DNA of 10,966 bases from a virus. Its lineage: Duplodnaviria; Heunggongvirae; Uroviricota; Caudoviricetes. The translations under genes and the position numbers were made by a program. Below are positions 1-7,986 of the stretch, piece after piece; position 1 is the stretch's first letter; every line of letters begins with the position of its first letter. The notes beneath the pieces are model-generated. The model was not told where the DNA came from, ran no database searches, and saw only the letters and a program-made list of their open reading frames with translations. The stretch lies in IMG/VR virus record IMGVR_UViG_2671180454_000005; one strand, 5' to 3'.

Positions 1-367
1 CCTCAAAAACACCATCATACACTAAATCAGTAAGTTGGCAGCATCACCAGCCTTCTTGAGGCTACCACCTGTTTTCAGGTGTCATTCAGACGTGATTTGC
101 CCCAGATTGGGAAAGCACGCTTTTTTCTCAGCTATCGTCCTCTTATTTTGCCGTTACATTTCTTTTTGCATTCTAATGATTAATTTACAATAATAATATC
201 GGTAATTATTGAGTAATAATAAATTAATTATTGCAAATGTAATTTAATTCCATCTTCGCGTTATATTCCAATCTTTAATCTCCGCATGGAACAAGTTGCA
301 TGCGTGACTATATTAAGACGACTTATAACCACCAAAACATTTGCTTTGCAAGCAAAAACAGTGACCA

Positions 368-396
368 TTGACTCTAAGAAAATTCCGATCTATTGT
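368..396 (+). promoter_or_regulatory. Candidate sigma70 promoter (TTGACT, 17-bp spacer, TATTGT), predicted start about 403-405
   Basis: -35 TTGACT at 368-373 (5/6 to consensus), 17-bp spacer, -10 TATTGT at 391-396 (4/6). It is 35 bp upstream of the 431 ATG. AT-rich DNA contains many promoter-like hexamers (another is TTGCAT-17-AATAAT near 166-194), so specificity is low. Confidence 0.25.
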
Positions 397-430
397 TAGG
401 GTCATCAAAGTTACTTAACAGTATTCCGAA

Positions 431-532
431 ATGAAAATACAAAGCAAGCTAATTGTCTTATTAAACATTATTATTGCATTTATATTATTTGAGCTTTTAG
501 CTCAAAAATTTGGTTTGAGTACATTATTTTAA
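431..532 (+). CDS. Hypothetical 33-aa hydrophobic peptide (MKIQSKLIVLLNIIIAFILFELLAQKFGLSTLF); speculative
   Basis: ATG at 431 to TAA at 530-532, with an apparent single transmembrane-like segment. A promoter-like sequence lies upstream and a terminator downstream. There is no convincing Shine-Dalgarno, and AT-rich DNA inflates hydrophobic codons, so this may be chance. Confidence 0.2.
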   Translation: MKIQSKLIVLLNIIIAFILFELLAQKFGLSTLF

Positions 533-681
533 AGCAAGATAAACAATATCGGGCACTCTAGTTTTTATAATTAACAATTAAACGTCCATAAAATGTTATT
601 TACTTTTCTTCGCTATTGTCATATCTTAATATAGTGGCTTACGCCACTCTACTTTCATCACATTTTGTACGTTTATGTACT

Positions 682-714
682 CGCCATGAAGCTCTTTCAT
701 GGCGATTTTTTATT
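682..714 (+). terminator. Intrinsic terminator on the plus strand, convergent with tfa (9-bp stem CGCCATGAA / TTCATGGCG, loop GCTCT, then ATTTTTTATT)
   Basis: Perfect 9-bp inverted repeat at 682-690 / 696-704 followed by a T-rich tract at 705-714. On the minus strand the hairpin is not followed by a U-tract, so it is mainly a plus-strand terminator; it could also contribute to ending the tfa transcript. Confidence 0.55.
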
Positions 715-797
715 CTTAATCCAAGAACATACTCCCTACCTATAGCAAAATCACTTTTTTAACAAAAGAATAACGTATTTAGGTAATCATTACGAAT

Positions 798-1379
798 TTA
801 CCCTATAGGTGCTACTGGCCATTCAATATCCGGTGCAGTTGATGTATCAACACGGTTCAGCAACACCCGATACTTTTTCCAAGCTTCCAGCAACAAGGTT
901 TCTTTCTCCGTTGCGATCTCCAGATCCACAGCATCCTGAAGCGGCGCTATATGCTCACTGGCTACCTGCATCAGGCTGTTTTTTGTTTCTTCCGCCTCCC
1001 GGATCCGGAACAGTTTTTCTGCTTCCGTATCCTTCACCCAGGCTGTGCCGTTCCACTTCTGAAACTCCCCTTCCGGGGATAACCAGGTGACATTTTCCGG
1101 TAATGAGCCGAGTTCAGAAATAAATAACGCGTCGCCGGAAGCCACGTCATAAACCGTTTTACCCCGATGATCTTCAACGAGATGCCACGATGACTCATCA
1201 CTGTTGAAAACAGCCACGAAACCAGCCGGAATATCTGGCGGTGCAATATCGGTACTGTTTGCAGGCAGACCTGTATGAGGCGGAATATATGCGTCACCTT
1301 CACCAATAAATTCATTAGTTCCGGCCAGCAGGTTATAAATTTTTATGGTCCGTGCTTGTTCACTCATTCTGAATGCCAT
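798..1379 (-). CDS. tfa: Tail fibre assembly protein Tfa (193 aa)
   Basis: [62 protein letters not shown]... is near-identical to lambda Tfa as recalled. The ATG at 1379-1377 overlaps the stf stop by one base (TAATG), with a GAGG Shine-Dalgarno inside the stf 3' end. Confidence 0.9.
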   Translation of the reverse strand: MAFRMSEQARTIKIYNLLAGTNEFIGEGDAYIPPHTGLPANSTDIAPPDIPAGFVAVFNSDESSWHLVEDHRGKTVYDVASGDALFISELGSLPENVTWLSPEGEFQKWNGTAWVKDTEAEKLFRIREAEETKNSLMQVASEHIAPLQDAVDLEIATEKETLLLEAWKKYRVLLNRVDTSTAPDIEWPVAPIG

Positions 1380-4300
1380 TATGCGAGCCTCACAATATAG
1401 TTAAATGCGATGTTTTTGACGGTGTTTTCCGCGTTACCAGCAGCGTTAACGGTGATGGTGTGTCCATGTGAACCAATCGCAACAGAGTGCGTATGAGCAC
1501 CAATACCGACAGTATGCGCGTGTGCACCCGCAGATGCTGCTGTGCCGGACAGTGAGTGTGTATGGTTTCCTTCTGAAGATGATTTACCTACCCATTGGGA
1601 GGTGCCACTGGTTAATGAGCCACTGATACCAACCTGATTAGTCCCGCTAACTTGAGTACTCCCTGCCGGAAACATTCCAGTAGGTTGACTCCCGCTATTC
1701 GTTCTGGGCCCAGTCTGACTATGTTGGTGGGCCCCAGCTGAACTTGTAGAGCCGCTCAGACTGTGCGTATGCGCCCCGGTGTTATTCGTGGATTTAGTGC
1801 CGTAATCAAACGACGATGTGGTTTTCGTCCCCAAATCCGTACTGGATGCGCTGGCGCTGTGGGTGTGCGATTTAATGCCATCCTGTTCCTGAGACAATAC
1901 GGCACGACCACTGGCGGGCTTGCCCTTAATCGTCCAGCCACGCATATCAGGGATCACGCCTGACGGATAAGCGGCTGCAAGTTTCGGGTAAGCAGATTTG
2001 TCAAAAGTCTGCCCCTGCATCAGGGCATAACCAGACGGAACGGTATCTGATGGCCACGGGATTGGTGCACCGACTGGATAAAACTCTGCAGGAGGATGAG
2101 CCGAGGTGTAAAGCTGCGCCCACGGCGACCAGTTTGCGTCGGTCGTATCCCGTCGTGAACGAATAAATGCCGGAGCATGAGCACCGCTTGTACCACTCCA
2201 GCCGATGAGTAACTCACCTTCGCCAACGGCTGTCATCCCTTTCAGGTGAATGATATTTCCATACGCTGTTGGATATCCGTTGTTATACACCTCGTATAAC
2301 TCAAGACCTGCTGCCCCCTGCGTATTGTCTGTCAGCGCGGCTACCCGACCTTTTGAAGCCAGATTAACTGATGATACTGCTGTTCCACCTGACGGTAGCG
2401 CCCCGATCTCTGATGCCGTTGGCTTATTTCTGGAGTTATAGTCCCTTCGCCAGCCAGGTGAATAATCTGTTCCGTGATTAATATAGGTAAACTGGGCGTT
2501 GGTTGTTCCGCCACCGCTGGATGTGGTCGGAGTGGTAATGCGGATCGTCATCGCTGACTTTATCCCCATTACTTCAATGACAGCTCCGGCGAGATGAATA
2601 TTACCGCAGCCAGTATCAGTAATGATTTTATTATTGCCATAAGACCAGGAACCCTTGCACATCCAGTATGGATGGTTAAATGCTCCCTGAGAATCCAGCC
2701 ACTCGATAAACTGTGCAGTCGTCCAGTTTCCTGTTGTTGTGCTTACTGACCCACCGAAGGCACGGCAGGCACCAATATTTTTCGTAAAGGTGTCTTTGCC
2801 AGGGATATCCGCACCGTTCTGATCTTTCTGCAGACGTTTCTCAGCATTGTCATTGGCTGCTTTTACTGCCTTTGGCGTTGCCGCCAGCGTTTCAGACGTG
2901 CTGTTGGTCGCGCTGCTTAGCTGGATTATCCCTTTCTGTGCTGTCGTTGCATCCTGTGCGGTGTATTTCCCGTTAGCCAGGTCATACGCGGCCTTAACGG
3001 CTTTTGGTGTTGCCGCCAGTGACTCGGAAGTGCTGTTAGTCGCACTACTGAGCTGTACTATCCCCTTTTTCGTCGTGCTCGCATCCTCAAGCGCCACGGC
3101 GGATGCAATATCCTCTGCCCGTTTTGCCGCTGTCTCAGCGCGCGTTGCTGCAGATTCCGCCGTACTTTTGCTCTGAGCTGCTGCCGTCGCACTACCAGCA
3201 GCCTCTGTCGCCTTCGTGGATGCCGTCGTGGCGCTGCCCTTCGCTGCTGACGCCTGTCTGGTCGCCTCATCTTTTGAAGCAGACGCCGATGATGCCGATG
3301 ACGCCGCCGAACTGGCGGACGATGCGGCAGCCGTTTTTGAGGATTCTGCACGGGTTTCCGACGCTTTCGCGTTCGTTTCGGATGTCTTCGCTGCGGAAGC
3401 TGACCTCGCTGCTGCCGTGGCCTGCTCAGTGGCTTCGCCAGCCTTCGTTGTGGCTGTTGAAGCGGATGATGCGGCGCTTTCTGCCGATTTTCCGGCGGCG
3501 GTGGCACTGGCTGAGGCCTGCCCGGCACTTGTTGACGCGGCGCTGGCAGACGACGCAGCCGCTGTTTTTGAGCCTGCCGCAGCTGAGGCACTCTGTCCCG
3601 CTGCCGTTTCAGAAGACCTGGCGTTCGTCTCGGACGTTTTGGCCGCCTTCGCAGAATTTGCAGCCGCCGTCGCCGAGGAAGCTGCGCTACTGGCGCTTGA
3701 TGATGCGTTCGTTTCTGATGATTTTGCCGCCTCTTTTGAAGCCGACGCATCCCGGGCTGAGGTGGCAGCTTCTGACGCTTTCGTGGTCGCGGTGGATGCA
3801 GAAGTGGCTGCTGATTGTTGTGACGCTGCCGCATTCGTTTCTAACGTTTTCGCCGCACCGGCACTGGTAGCCGCCGCGCTTTTTGAGGACTCTGCAGCGG
3901 CAGCACTTTTTGAGGCTTCAGTGGCCTTTGTTGATGCCGTTCCTGCGCTGGAAGACGCTGACTGAGCCGACGAAGCGGCCTGTCCGGCTGACGTGCTGGC
4001 TGCACGTGCTGAATCTGCAGCATCAGTCGCATGGGTTGCCGCCTCACGGGCTGATGTGCTGGCATCGCTGGCTGATTTCTTCGCGGCTGCCGTGTTCTGT
4101 GCCACCGCGGACGCGTTACGCGCCACCTCTTCCACCATCAGCTCAAAACGGCGCAGTGCCTCCGGACGGGCATCATCCTCCGTCATGGCACCGAGAAAAT
4201 CATTCAGCGTACCGGGTCGGGAATCTTCATACACGGTGATGGTCCCGGCATGTGACGGCGGGAATCCTTCCACCAACAGAATAACGCTGTACTGACCGTA

Positions 4301-4462
4301 CTCAACGTCCATGCTGTAACGCCCGGCTTCATCCGGATTTTCTGAGGCCAGCGTGTTCACCACCACCGTGGTGCTGTTACGTTTTGCTTTCAGCTGGATT
4401 GTGCAGTTCTGTACCGGTTTTCCTGTGCCGTCTTTCAGTACACCTGAAATCTTTACTGCCAT
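1379..4462 (-). CDS. stf: Side tail fibre protein Stf, 1027 aa, mosaic (lambda-like N- and C-termini, expanded Ala/Ser/Thr-rich shaft, extra central domain)
   Basis: ATG at 4462-4460 preceded by GGGGTG. N-terminus [36 protein letters not shown]... and C-terminus ...[49 protein letters not shown] match lambda Stf as recalled, including the His-X-His repeats. The track ORF 1379..4705 is a run-through across the N gap; everything upstream of 4462 is artefact. The stop overlaps the tfa ATG. Confidence 0.85.
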   Translation of the reverse strand: MAVKISGVLKDGTGKPVQNCTIQLKAKRNSTTVVVNTLASENPDEAGRYSMDVEYGQYSVILLVEGFPPSHAGTITVYEDSRPGTLNDFLGAMTEDDARPEALRRFELMVEEVARNASAVAQNTAAAKKSASDASTSAREAATHATDAADSARAASTSAGQAASSAQSASSSAGTASTKATEASKSAAAAESSKSAAATSAGAAKTLETNAAASQQSAATSASTATTKASEAATSARDASASKEAAKSSETNASSSASSAASSATAAANSAKAAKTSETNARSSETAAGQSASAAAGSKTAAASSASAASTSAGQASASATAAGKSAESAASSASTATTKAGEATEQATAAARSASAAKTSETNAKASETRAESSKTAAASSASSAASSASSASASKDEATRQASAAKGSATTASTKATEAAGSATAAAQSKSTAESAATRAETAAKRAEDIASAVALEDASTTKKGIVQLSSATNSTSESLAATPKAVKAAYDLANGKYTAQDATTAQKGIIQLSSATNSTSETLAATPKAVKAANDNAEKRLQKDQNGADIPGKDTFTKNIGACRAFGGSVSTTTGNWTTAQFIEWLDSQGAFNHPYWMCKGSWSYGNNKIITDTGCGNIHLAGAVIEVMGIKSAMTIRITTPTTSSGGGTTNAQFTYINHGTDYSPGWRRDYNSRNKPTASEIGALPSGGTAVSSVNLASKGRVAALTDNTQGAAGLELYEVYNNGYPTAYGNIIHLKGMTAVGEGELLIGWSGTSGAHAPAFIRSRRDTTDANWSPWAQLYTSAHPPAEFYPVGAPIPWPSDTVPSGYALMQGQTFDKSAYPKLAAAYPSGVIPDMRGWTIKGKPASGRAVLSQEQDGIKSHTHSASASSTDLGTKTTSSFDYGTKSTNNTGAHTHSLSGSTSSAGAHQHSQTGPRTNSGSQPTGMFPAGSTQVSGTNQVGISGSLTSGTSQWVGKSSSEGNHTHSLSGTAASAGAHAHTVGIGAHTHSVAIGSHGHTITVNAAGNAENTVKNIAFNYIVRLA
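2854..3078 (-). repeat. Intragenic tandem duplication (2 x ~129 bp, 43 codons) inside stf, encoding TT(K/A)(K/Q)GI(V/I)[11 protein letters not shown](S/T)[11 protein letters not shown]
   Basis: Two consecutive near-identical 43-aa units (aa ~463-505 and ~506-548). Lambda Stf, as I recall it, has this motif once. Confidence 0.75.
3082..4114 (-). repeat. Low-complexity Ala/Ser/Thr-rich coding repeat region inside stf (about aa 117-460), with recurring AAKTSETNA-type units
   Basis: Translation is dominated by A/S/T with repeated KTSETNA(A/R/K)SSE and [10 protein letters not shown] motifs. The same DNA yields long spurious ORFs in other frames and on the plus strand, which is typical of GC-rich codon repeats. 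Confidence 0.7.
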
Positions 4463-4496
4463 ATTCACCCCACAAAAAAGCCCGCCTGAACCGGCG

Positions 4497-4629
4497 NNNN
4501 NNNNNNNNNNNNNNNNNNNNNNNNNNNNNNNNNNNNNNNNNNNNNNNNNNNNNNNNNNNNNNNNNNNNNNNNNNNNNNNNNNNNNNNNNNNNNNNNNNNN
4601 NNNNNNNNNNNNNNNNNNNNNNNNNNNNN
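4497..4629. other. Scaffold/assembly gap (133 N)
   Basis: Run of n characters. Sequence on the two sides is not contiguous: IS interior on one side, stf upstream hairpin on the other. Confidence 1.
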
Positions 4630-4873
4630 GTCTTTCTGGCTGGCGGTTCAGGGTATTTGAGGTAGCGTCTGACCGTCCGTTCAGAGCAACCAATCTGAGT
4701 CGCAATATCGACGATGTACGCGCCCTGCTGGCGCATTTGCTTTATCATGTAAAAGTCCTCTCTGCTCAGCATGTTGATGTCCTTTCTGGTGTGAGAACCT
4801 TAAGGAAACAACATGTTGGGTGGAGCGGACAATCCAAATGGCGAATTACCGTCTTATATCACTGGCGCTGACA
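4630..4873 (-). mobile_element. istA: IS21-family insertion sequence, left-end fragment (terminal ~100 bp plus first 47 codons of the istA transposase), running into the N gap
   Basis: Minus-strand ORF starting at 4772 encodes MLSREDFYMIKQMRQQGAYIVDIATQIGCSERTVRRYLKYPEPPARK, which I recognise as the helix-turn-helix N-terminus of IS21-family IstA. A candidate IS terminus begins 5'-TGTCAGCGCCAG at minus-strand position 4873, the TG start being typical of IS21 ends. The family call is from memory; the exact boundary is uncertain by a few bp. Confidence 0.6.
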
Positions 4874-5185
4874 CTTCATCACCTCCGGACGTAAATCACC
4901 ATCCTTTGGTGCATTCAGAAACGCGTTCAGTGTCCCCGGTGCATCAGTCGGTGCCACATCAATATCCCCGACACGGGTTGGCTGCCAGCCGTTACAGTGA
5001 AGCGCAACCTCGTAATACCCCGGCTCAGCCTCAATCACATAAGCACCGTTATTGTCCGTCACGCAAGTGGCAACAACGTGTGCCACAACGGTCGGACTGG
5101 TTCTTCTGGCCCGCAGTTCAATCGCACAATTTACGACAGGTTTACCCGCCCCATCTTTCAGTACACCTGAAATCTTTACTGCCAT
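4859..5185 (-). pseudogene. stf: Truncated side-tail-fibre gene: N-terminal 104 codons of an Stf-like protein, fused to 4 codons plus stop from the adjacent IS terminus
   Basis: ATG at 5185-5183. [28 protein letters not shown]... is a divergent allele of the Stf N-terminus at 4462 ([28 protein letters not shown]...), and the two share ...PGTLN(A/D)FL...RPE. The ORF ends ...PEVMK-CQRQ*, where TGTCAGCGCCAGTGA is the start of the IS-like segment. The track's upstream extension (MTARWFRRAFCGVN) reads through the terminator hairpin and is not credible. Confidence 0.65.
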
Positions 5186-5196
5186 ATTCACCCCAC

Positions 5197-5221
5197 AAAA
5201 AGCCCGCCTGAACCAGCGGGC
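5197..5221 (-). terminator. Intrinsic terminator downstream of lom (GCCCGC-TGGTTCAG-GCGGGC plus TTTTT on minus strand), immediately 5' of the stf-like start codon
   Basis: Plus strand 5197-5221 aaaagcccgcctgaaccagcgggc. A partial copy (gcccgcctgaaccggcg) sits at 4480-4496 against the N gap, upstream of the full stf. Confidence 0.6.
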
Positions 5222-5248
5222 AGTCATAACACTGTGTTACCTGGCTAA

Positions 5249-5848
5249 TCAGAACTTATAACCGACACCCACGATGAAACCGTCAGTGCGCCAGTCACCA
5301 CTGCCGGAACCTTCATAAGCAAGGTCAATGGCCACGGATTCGGTCGGGTTAAACTGCACGCCAGCCCCCCACGCCAGAGACGTGTTGCTGTGGCGACCGC
5401 CATCACTTCCGGTCAGCACATCGTGCGTTTTCCCCTTGTTGTCAGTTACGCGGAGATAATCCCCGGAGAAGGTCGACACACGGCTGTAAGCCACGCCCGC
5501 CATCGCATACGCGCTGAACCATTCATTCACGCGCACAGACGGCCCCGCCATCACGCTGAACCAGCGGTTACGCACGGAATCCTCATGCCAGCGGGTATCG
5601 CTGTAATGCGTTTTTTGCTCATCTTCAGCGTTGGCATAACTGAATGACGTAATCAGCCCCAGCGTGTCCGTAAACTCATAACGGTATTTCACGTTAATGC
5701 CCTTCAGGTCATCGCTGCCTGGCATATCAGTATGGGTCTGAAGATACCCGGCGCTCAGCGTGGACTGATGTTCAGACGCCCATGCAGGCGCACCGGATAC
5801 GGCCAGACAGATGGCTGCGGACAAAATGGCTGCACAAACTTTACGCAT
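5249..5848 (-). CDS. lom: Lom / Ail-family outer membrane beta-barrel protein (199 aa), apparently intact
   Basis: Predicted signal peptide MRKVCAAILSAAICLAVSGAPAWA. Motifs GINVKYRYE, AYAMAGVA and the C-terminal AYEGSGSGDWRTDGFIVGVGYKF match lambda Lom as I recall it. GAGAGG Shine-Dalgarno 8 nt upstream of the ATG; stop TGA at 5249. Confidence 0.9.
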   Translation of the reverse strand: MRKVCAAILSAAICLAVSGAPAWASEHQSTLSAGYLQTHTDMPGSDDLKGINVKYRYEFTDTLGLITSFSYANAEDEQKTHYSDTRWHEDSVRNRWFSVMAGPSVRVNEWFSAYAMAGVAYSRVSTFSGDYLRVTDNKGKTHDVLTGSDGGRHSNTSLAWGAGVQFNPTESVAIDLAYEGSGSGDWRTDGFIVGVGYKF

Positions 5849-5872
5849 AATTACCTCTCGCTTTTCTGCAAT

Positions 5873-5896
5873 AAAAAAGGCACCATTTCTGGTGCC
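5873..5896 (-). terminator. Intrinsic terminator (GGCACC-AGAAAT-GGTGCC plus T-run on minus strand) upstream of lom
   Basis: Plus strand aaaaaaggcaccatttctggtgcc; identical to the copy at 6509-6532. Confidence 0.55.
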
Positions 5897-5915
5897 CGTA
5901 TCTGGGTTATAAAAT

Positions 5916-5982
5916 TCAGCTAATCGTGATGCCTGCAGTGGCTTTCTTCATCACCACAACCAGCAAATCGCTGATACTTGCT
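5916..5982 (-). other. Isolated 67-bp J 3'-end fragment (identical to 6552..6618) abutting ambiguous base N5983
   Basis: 5849..5982 is base-for-base identical to 6485..6618 (lom upstream region, terminator, last 22 codons of the J copy). Homology ends at N5983, after which the sequence switches to lom-downstream DNA. Confidence 0.7.
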
Positions 5983-6009
5983 NGTCATAACACTGTGTTA
6001 CCTGGCTAA

Positions 6010-6484
6010 TCAGAATTTATAACCGACACCCACGATGAAACCGTCAGTGCGCCAGAGACGTGTTGCTGTGGCGACCGTCATCACTTCCGGTCAGCACATC
6101 GTGCGTTTTCCCCTTATTGTCAGTTACGCGGATATAATCCCCGGAAAAAGTCGACACACGGCTGTAAGCCACACCCGCCATCGCATACGCGCTGAACCAG
6201 CGGTTACGCACGGAATCTTCATGCCAGCGGGTATCGCTGTAACGGGTCAGCTGGCGATTCTTGTCTCCTGCATAGCTGAATGACGTCACCAGCCCCAGCG
6301 TATCCGTAAACTCATAACGGTATTTCACGTTAATCCCGTTCAGATCATCACTGCCGGGAACGTTGGTCCGGGCATGAAGATACCCCGCGCTCAGCGTGGA
6401 CTGATGTTCAGACGCCCATGCAGGCGCACCGGATACGGCCAGGCAAATGGCTGCGGACAAAATGGCTGCACAAACTTTACGCAT
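6010..6484 (-). pseudogene. lom: lom-like outer membrane protein gene, disrupted copy (42-bp in-frame deletion plus 83-bp frameshifting deletion relative to the copy at 5249..5848)
   Basis: Start MRKVCAAILSAAICLAVSGAPAWASEHQSTLSAGY is identical to intact lom. Aligning against 5249..5848 shows a 42-bp deletion between 9-bp direct repeats CGCTGAACC (removes SVMAGPSVRVNEWF) and an 83-bp deletion between 6-bp direct repeats CGCCAG (copy-1 coordinates 5295..5377). The second deletion shifts the frame, giving a premature TGA at 6044. The native stop position is conserved at 6010-6012. Confidence 0.75.
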
Positions 6485-6508
6485 AATTACCTCTCGCTTT
6501 TCTGCAAT

Positions 6509-6532
6509 AAAAAAGGCACCATTTCTGGTGCC
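6509..6532 (-). terminator. Intrinsic terminator downstream of the J fragment (GGCACC-AGAAAT-GGTGCC plus T-run on minus strand)
   Basis: Plus strand aaaaaaggcaccatttctggtgcc; same structure as 5873-5896. Confidence 0.55.
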
Positions 6533-6551
6533 CGTATCTGGGTTATAAAAT

Positions 6552-7985
6552 TCAGCTAATCGTGATGCCTGCAGTGGCTTTCTTCATCACCACAACCAGC
6601 AAATCGCTGATACTTGCTGTGGGATACCAGCCATTTACCAGCCATGCCGATACAGAAAACTCCAGCGTCATGTGACCGTGACCGGCAGGCATATCAATAA
6701 CACCCGTATATATCAGCGTATTATCCAGGGTCGTTCGGTTATAAATTTCAGCACCGTTTTTCTTCACTATCAGGCGGCATGACGAATAAATATTGTTATT
6801 CTTCCGCTCATGTTTAGCACCGCGAAACGCCACCGCGGGAATAACAATTTGCCGATCAAACGGCTGATCGTCATAAACCCTGACGGTAATGGTCCCTGAT
6901 GGCCACCTCTCCGGTGCCCGGGAGTCCCGTGGGAAAGGTTTGCCCACTGTTTTAACGAGATCGCCTTCAATCTGGTTCGCGGACAATTTTCCCAGAACCC
7001 GACAGTTCTTATTAATCGTGACGTTGTTGAGCGTCCCGGAGTTCGCGTTCACGTTACCGCTGATATCGGCATTTTTCGCCGTCAGCCGTCCGCCAGGTGT
7101 CAGGGAAAATGCCGGAGGATTACCGCCGCTGGTAATGGTCGGAGCCGTCAGGCATTTCAGGAACACGTCGTTCATGAATATCTGATCGCCCTGACCAACA
7201 AACATCGGCTTTGTGTTGCCATTCGCAGGATTAATCATCGCAATCCTGTCTGCCGCCAGCAGCACCTGACTCTGCATTCCTGCTGGCGTATTCTCAATAC
7301 CGGCACCGATACCCGCAATATAAAGGCGTCCGTCCTTCATCTGTTGCAGCTTCACAGCCCACATGCTGTTCAGGTTATTATTTGTATCAACCTGAACTTT
7401 CTGTATCTGCTGGATTGCAGCACTCTGATTTTCCAGTTTTTTATTGACGGTTTGCGTGATTTCATTGCTGACATTCGTAATGGACGTCCTGATTTCAGTC
7501 AGGTCCGGCGCAAGCTGACCGTTATCAATCTGCGTCCACAACTCCTTGCCGAGATGCGTTTTATTGATCAACCCTTTATAAAAATTCAGATAACCTTCTG
7601 CATCATCGCTCGCCCGACCGATGGCCTCCACAAATGCCGATTTGCCAACGGTGTTCACACTGCGAACGTAAAAATAATAATCATGGCCCGGCCTGATATT
7701 GATACTGGCGGCTATCCAGTACAGCGCCGTGCCAAGATAGCGGGCGCTGGTTTCAACCTGCCTGATATCCGCAATCCGCTTTTCCGAAAACCAGAACTCA
7801 AACTGCACCGTCGGGTCATATACAGCCAGTTTCGGGACCGCCGTTATCTGAAAATACCCCGGTATCAGTTCAATAGTGACAGGCGCTGCCGGTGCCGCAA
7901 TCCGGAACGATACCGACGCCGGATCGCCCTGCTGCCCCCGGGCATTTACCGCCCGGACTGTCAGACTGTAATTCCCCAGCGCCAG
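6552..7985 (-). pseudogene. J: J C-terminal fragment (about 478 codons), second copy, 5'-truncated at N7986; carries a different C-terminal receptor-binding domain from the main J
   Basis: In-frame translation ([32 protein letters not shown]... [10 protein letters not shown]) aligns to the main J copy from about 9535 to 8082. The two are near-identical over about 320 aa, then diverge over the last ~155 aa (6552 to ~7015 versus 8082 to ~8565). Stop TGA at 6552-6554. No start codon or N-terminal 650 aa, so not a complete gene here. Confidence 0.8.
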
Positions 7986-7986
7986 N

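Noticed and set aside
286-399. 37-codon plus-strand ORF (MEQVACVTILRRLITTKTFALQAKTVTIDSKKIPIYC)
   Set aside because: No Shine-Dalgarno, it overlaps the candidate promoter for the 431 ORF, and the length is within chance expectation. Kept only as a note.
798-1315. ORFs 809..1090 (+) and 1034..1315 (-) inside tfa
   Set aside because: Alternative-frame or antisense ORFs within a clearly recognisable tfa.
2847-4295. Long overlapping ORFs inside and antisense to stf (3058..3834 Arg/Pro/Gln-rich; 3103..3870; 3216..3965 Ala/Asp-rich; 2847..3176; 3883..4239; 3993..4295)
   Set aside because: These are alternative-frame or antisense readings of the GC-rich Ala/Ser/Thr codon repeats. Their compositions are the expected frame-shifted images of the stf frame, and the stf frame is the one with a recognisable protein.
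1-4462. Pin/Gin-type invertible tail-fibre segment (as in Mu G or e14/Rac stf-tfa)
   Set aside because: No inverted repeats flank the stf C-terminus or tfa, there is no inverted second tfa, and no invertase gene follows tfa. All duplicated tail sequences are in direct orientation.
4463-4705. N-terminal extension of the track ORF 1379..4705 (MRLRLVALNGRSDATSNTLNRQPER followed by X's)
   Set aside because: The frame is open only because it runs through the 133-N gap and IS sequence. The true Stf start is the ATG at 4462, matching [12 protein letters not shown] with a Shine-Dalgarno.
4353-4871. Plus-strand ORFs 4353..4871 and 4384..4665, and the post-gap tail of minus ORF 4377..4772
   Set aside because: All read across the N gap. 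Only the first 47 codons of the minus ORF (4772..4632, IstA-like) are real coding sequence.
4813-6283. Plus-strand ORFs antisense to the stf fragment and lom (4813..5211, 5052..5261, 5390..5647, 5732..5923, 6035..6283, 6374..6559)
   Set aside because: Antisense or overlapping readings of lom or stf with no features of their own. The near-identical pairs simply mirror the duplicated modules.
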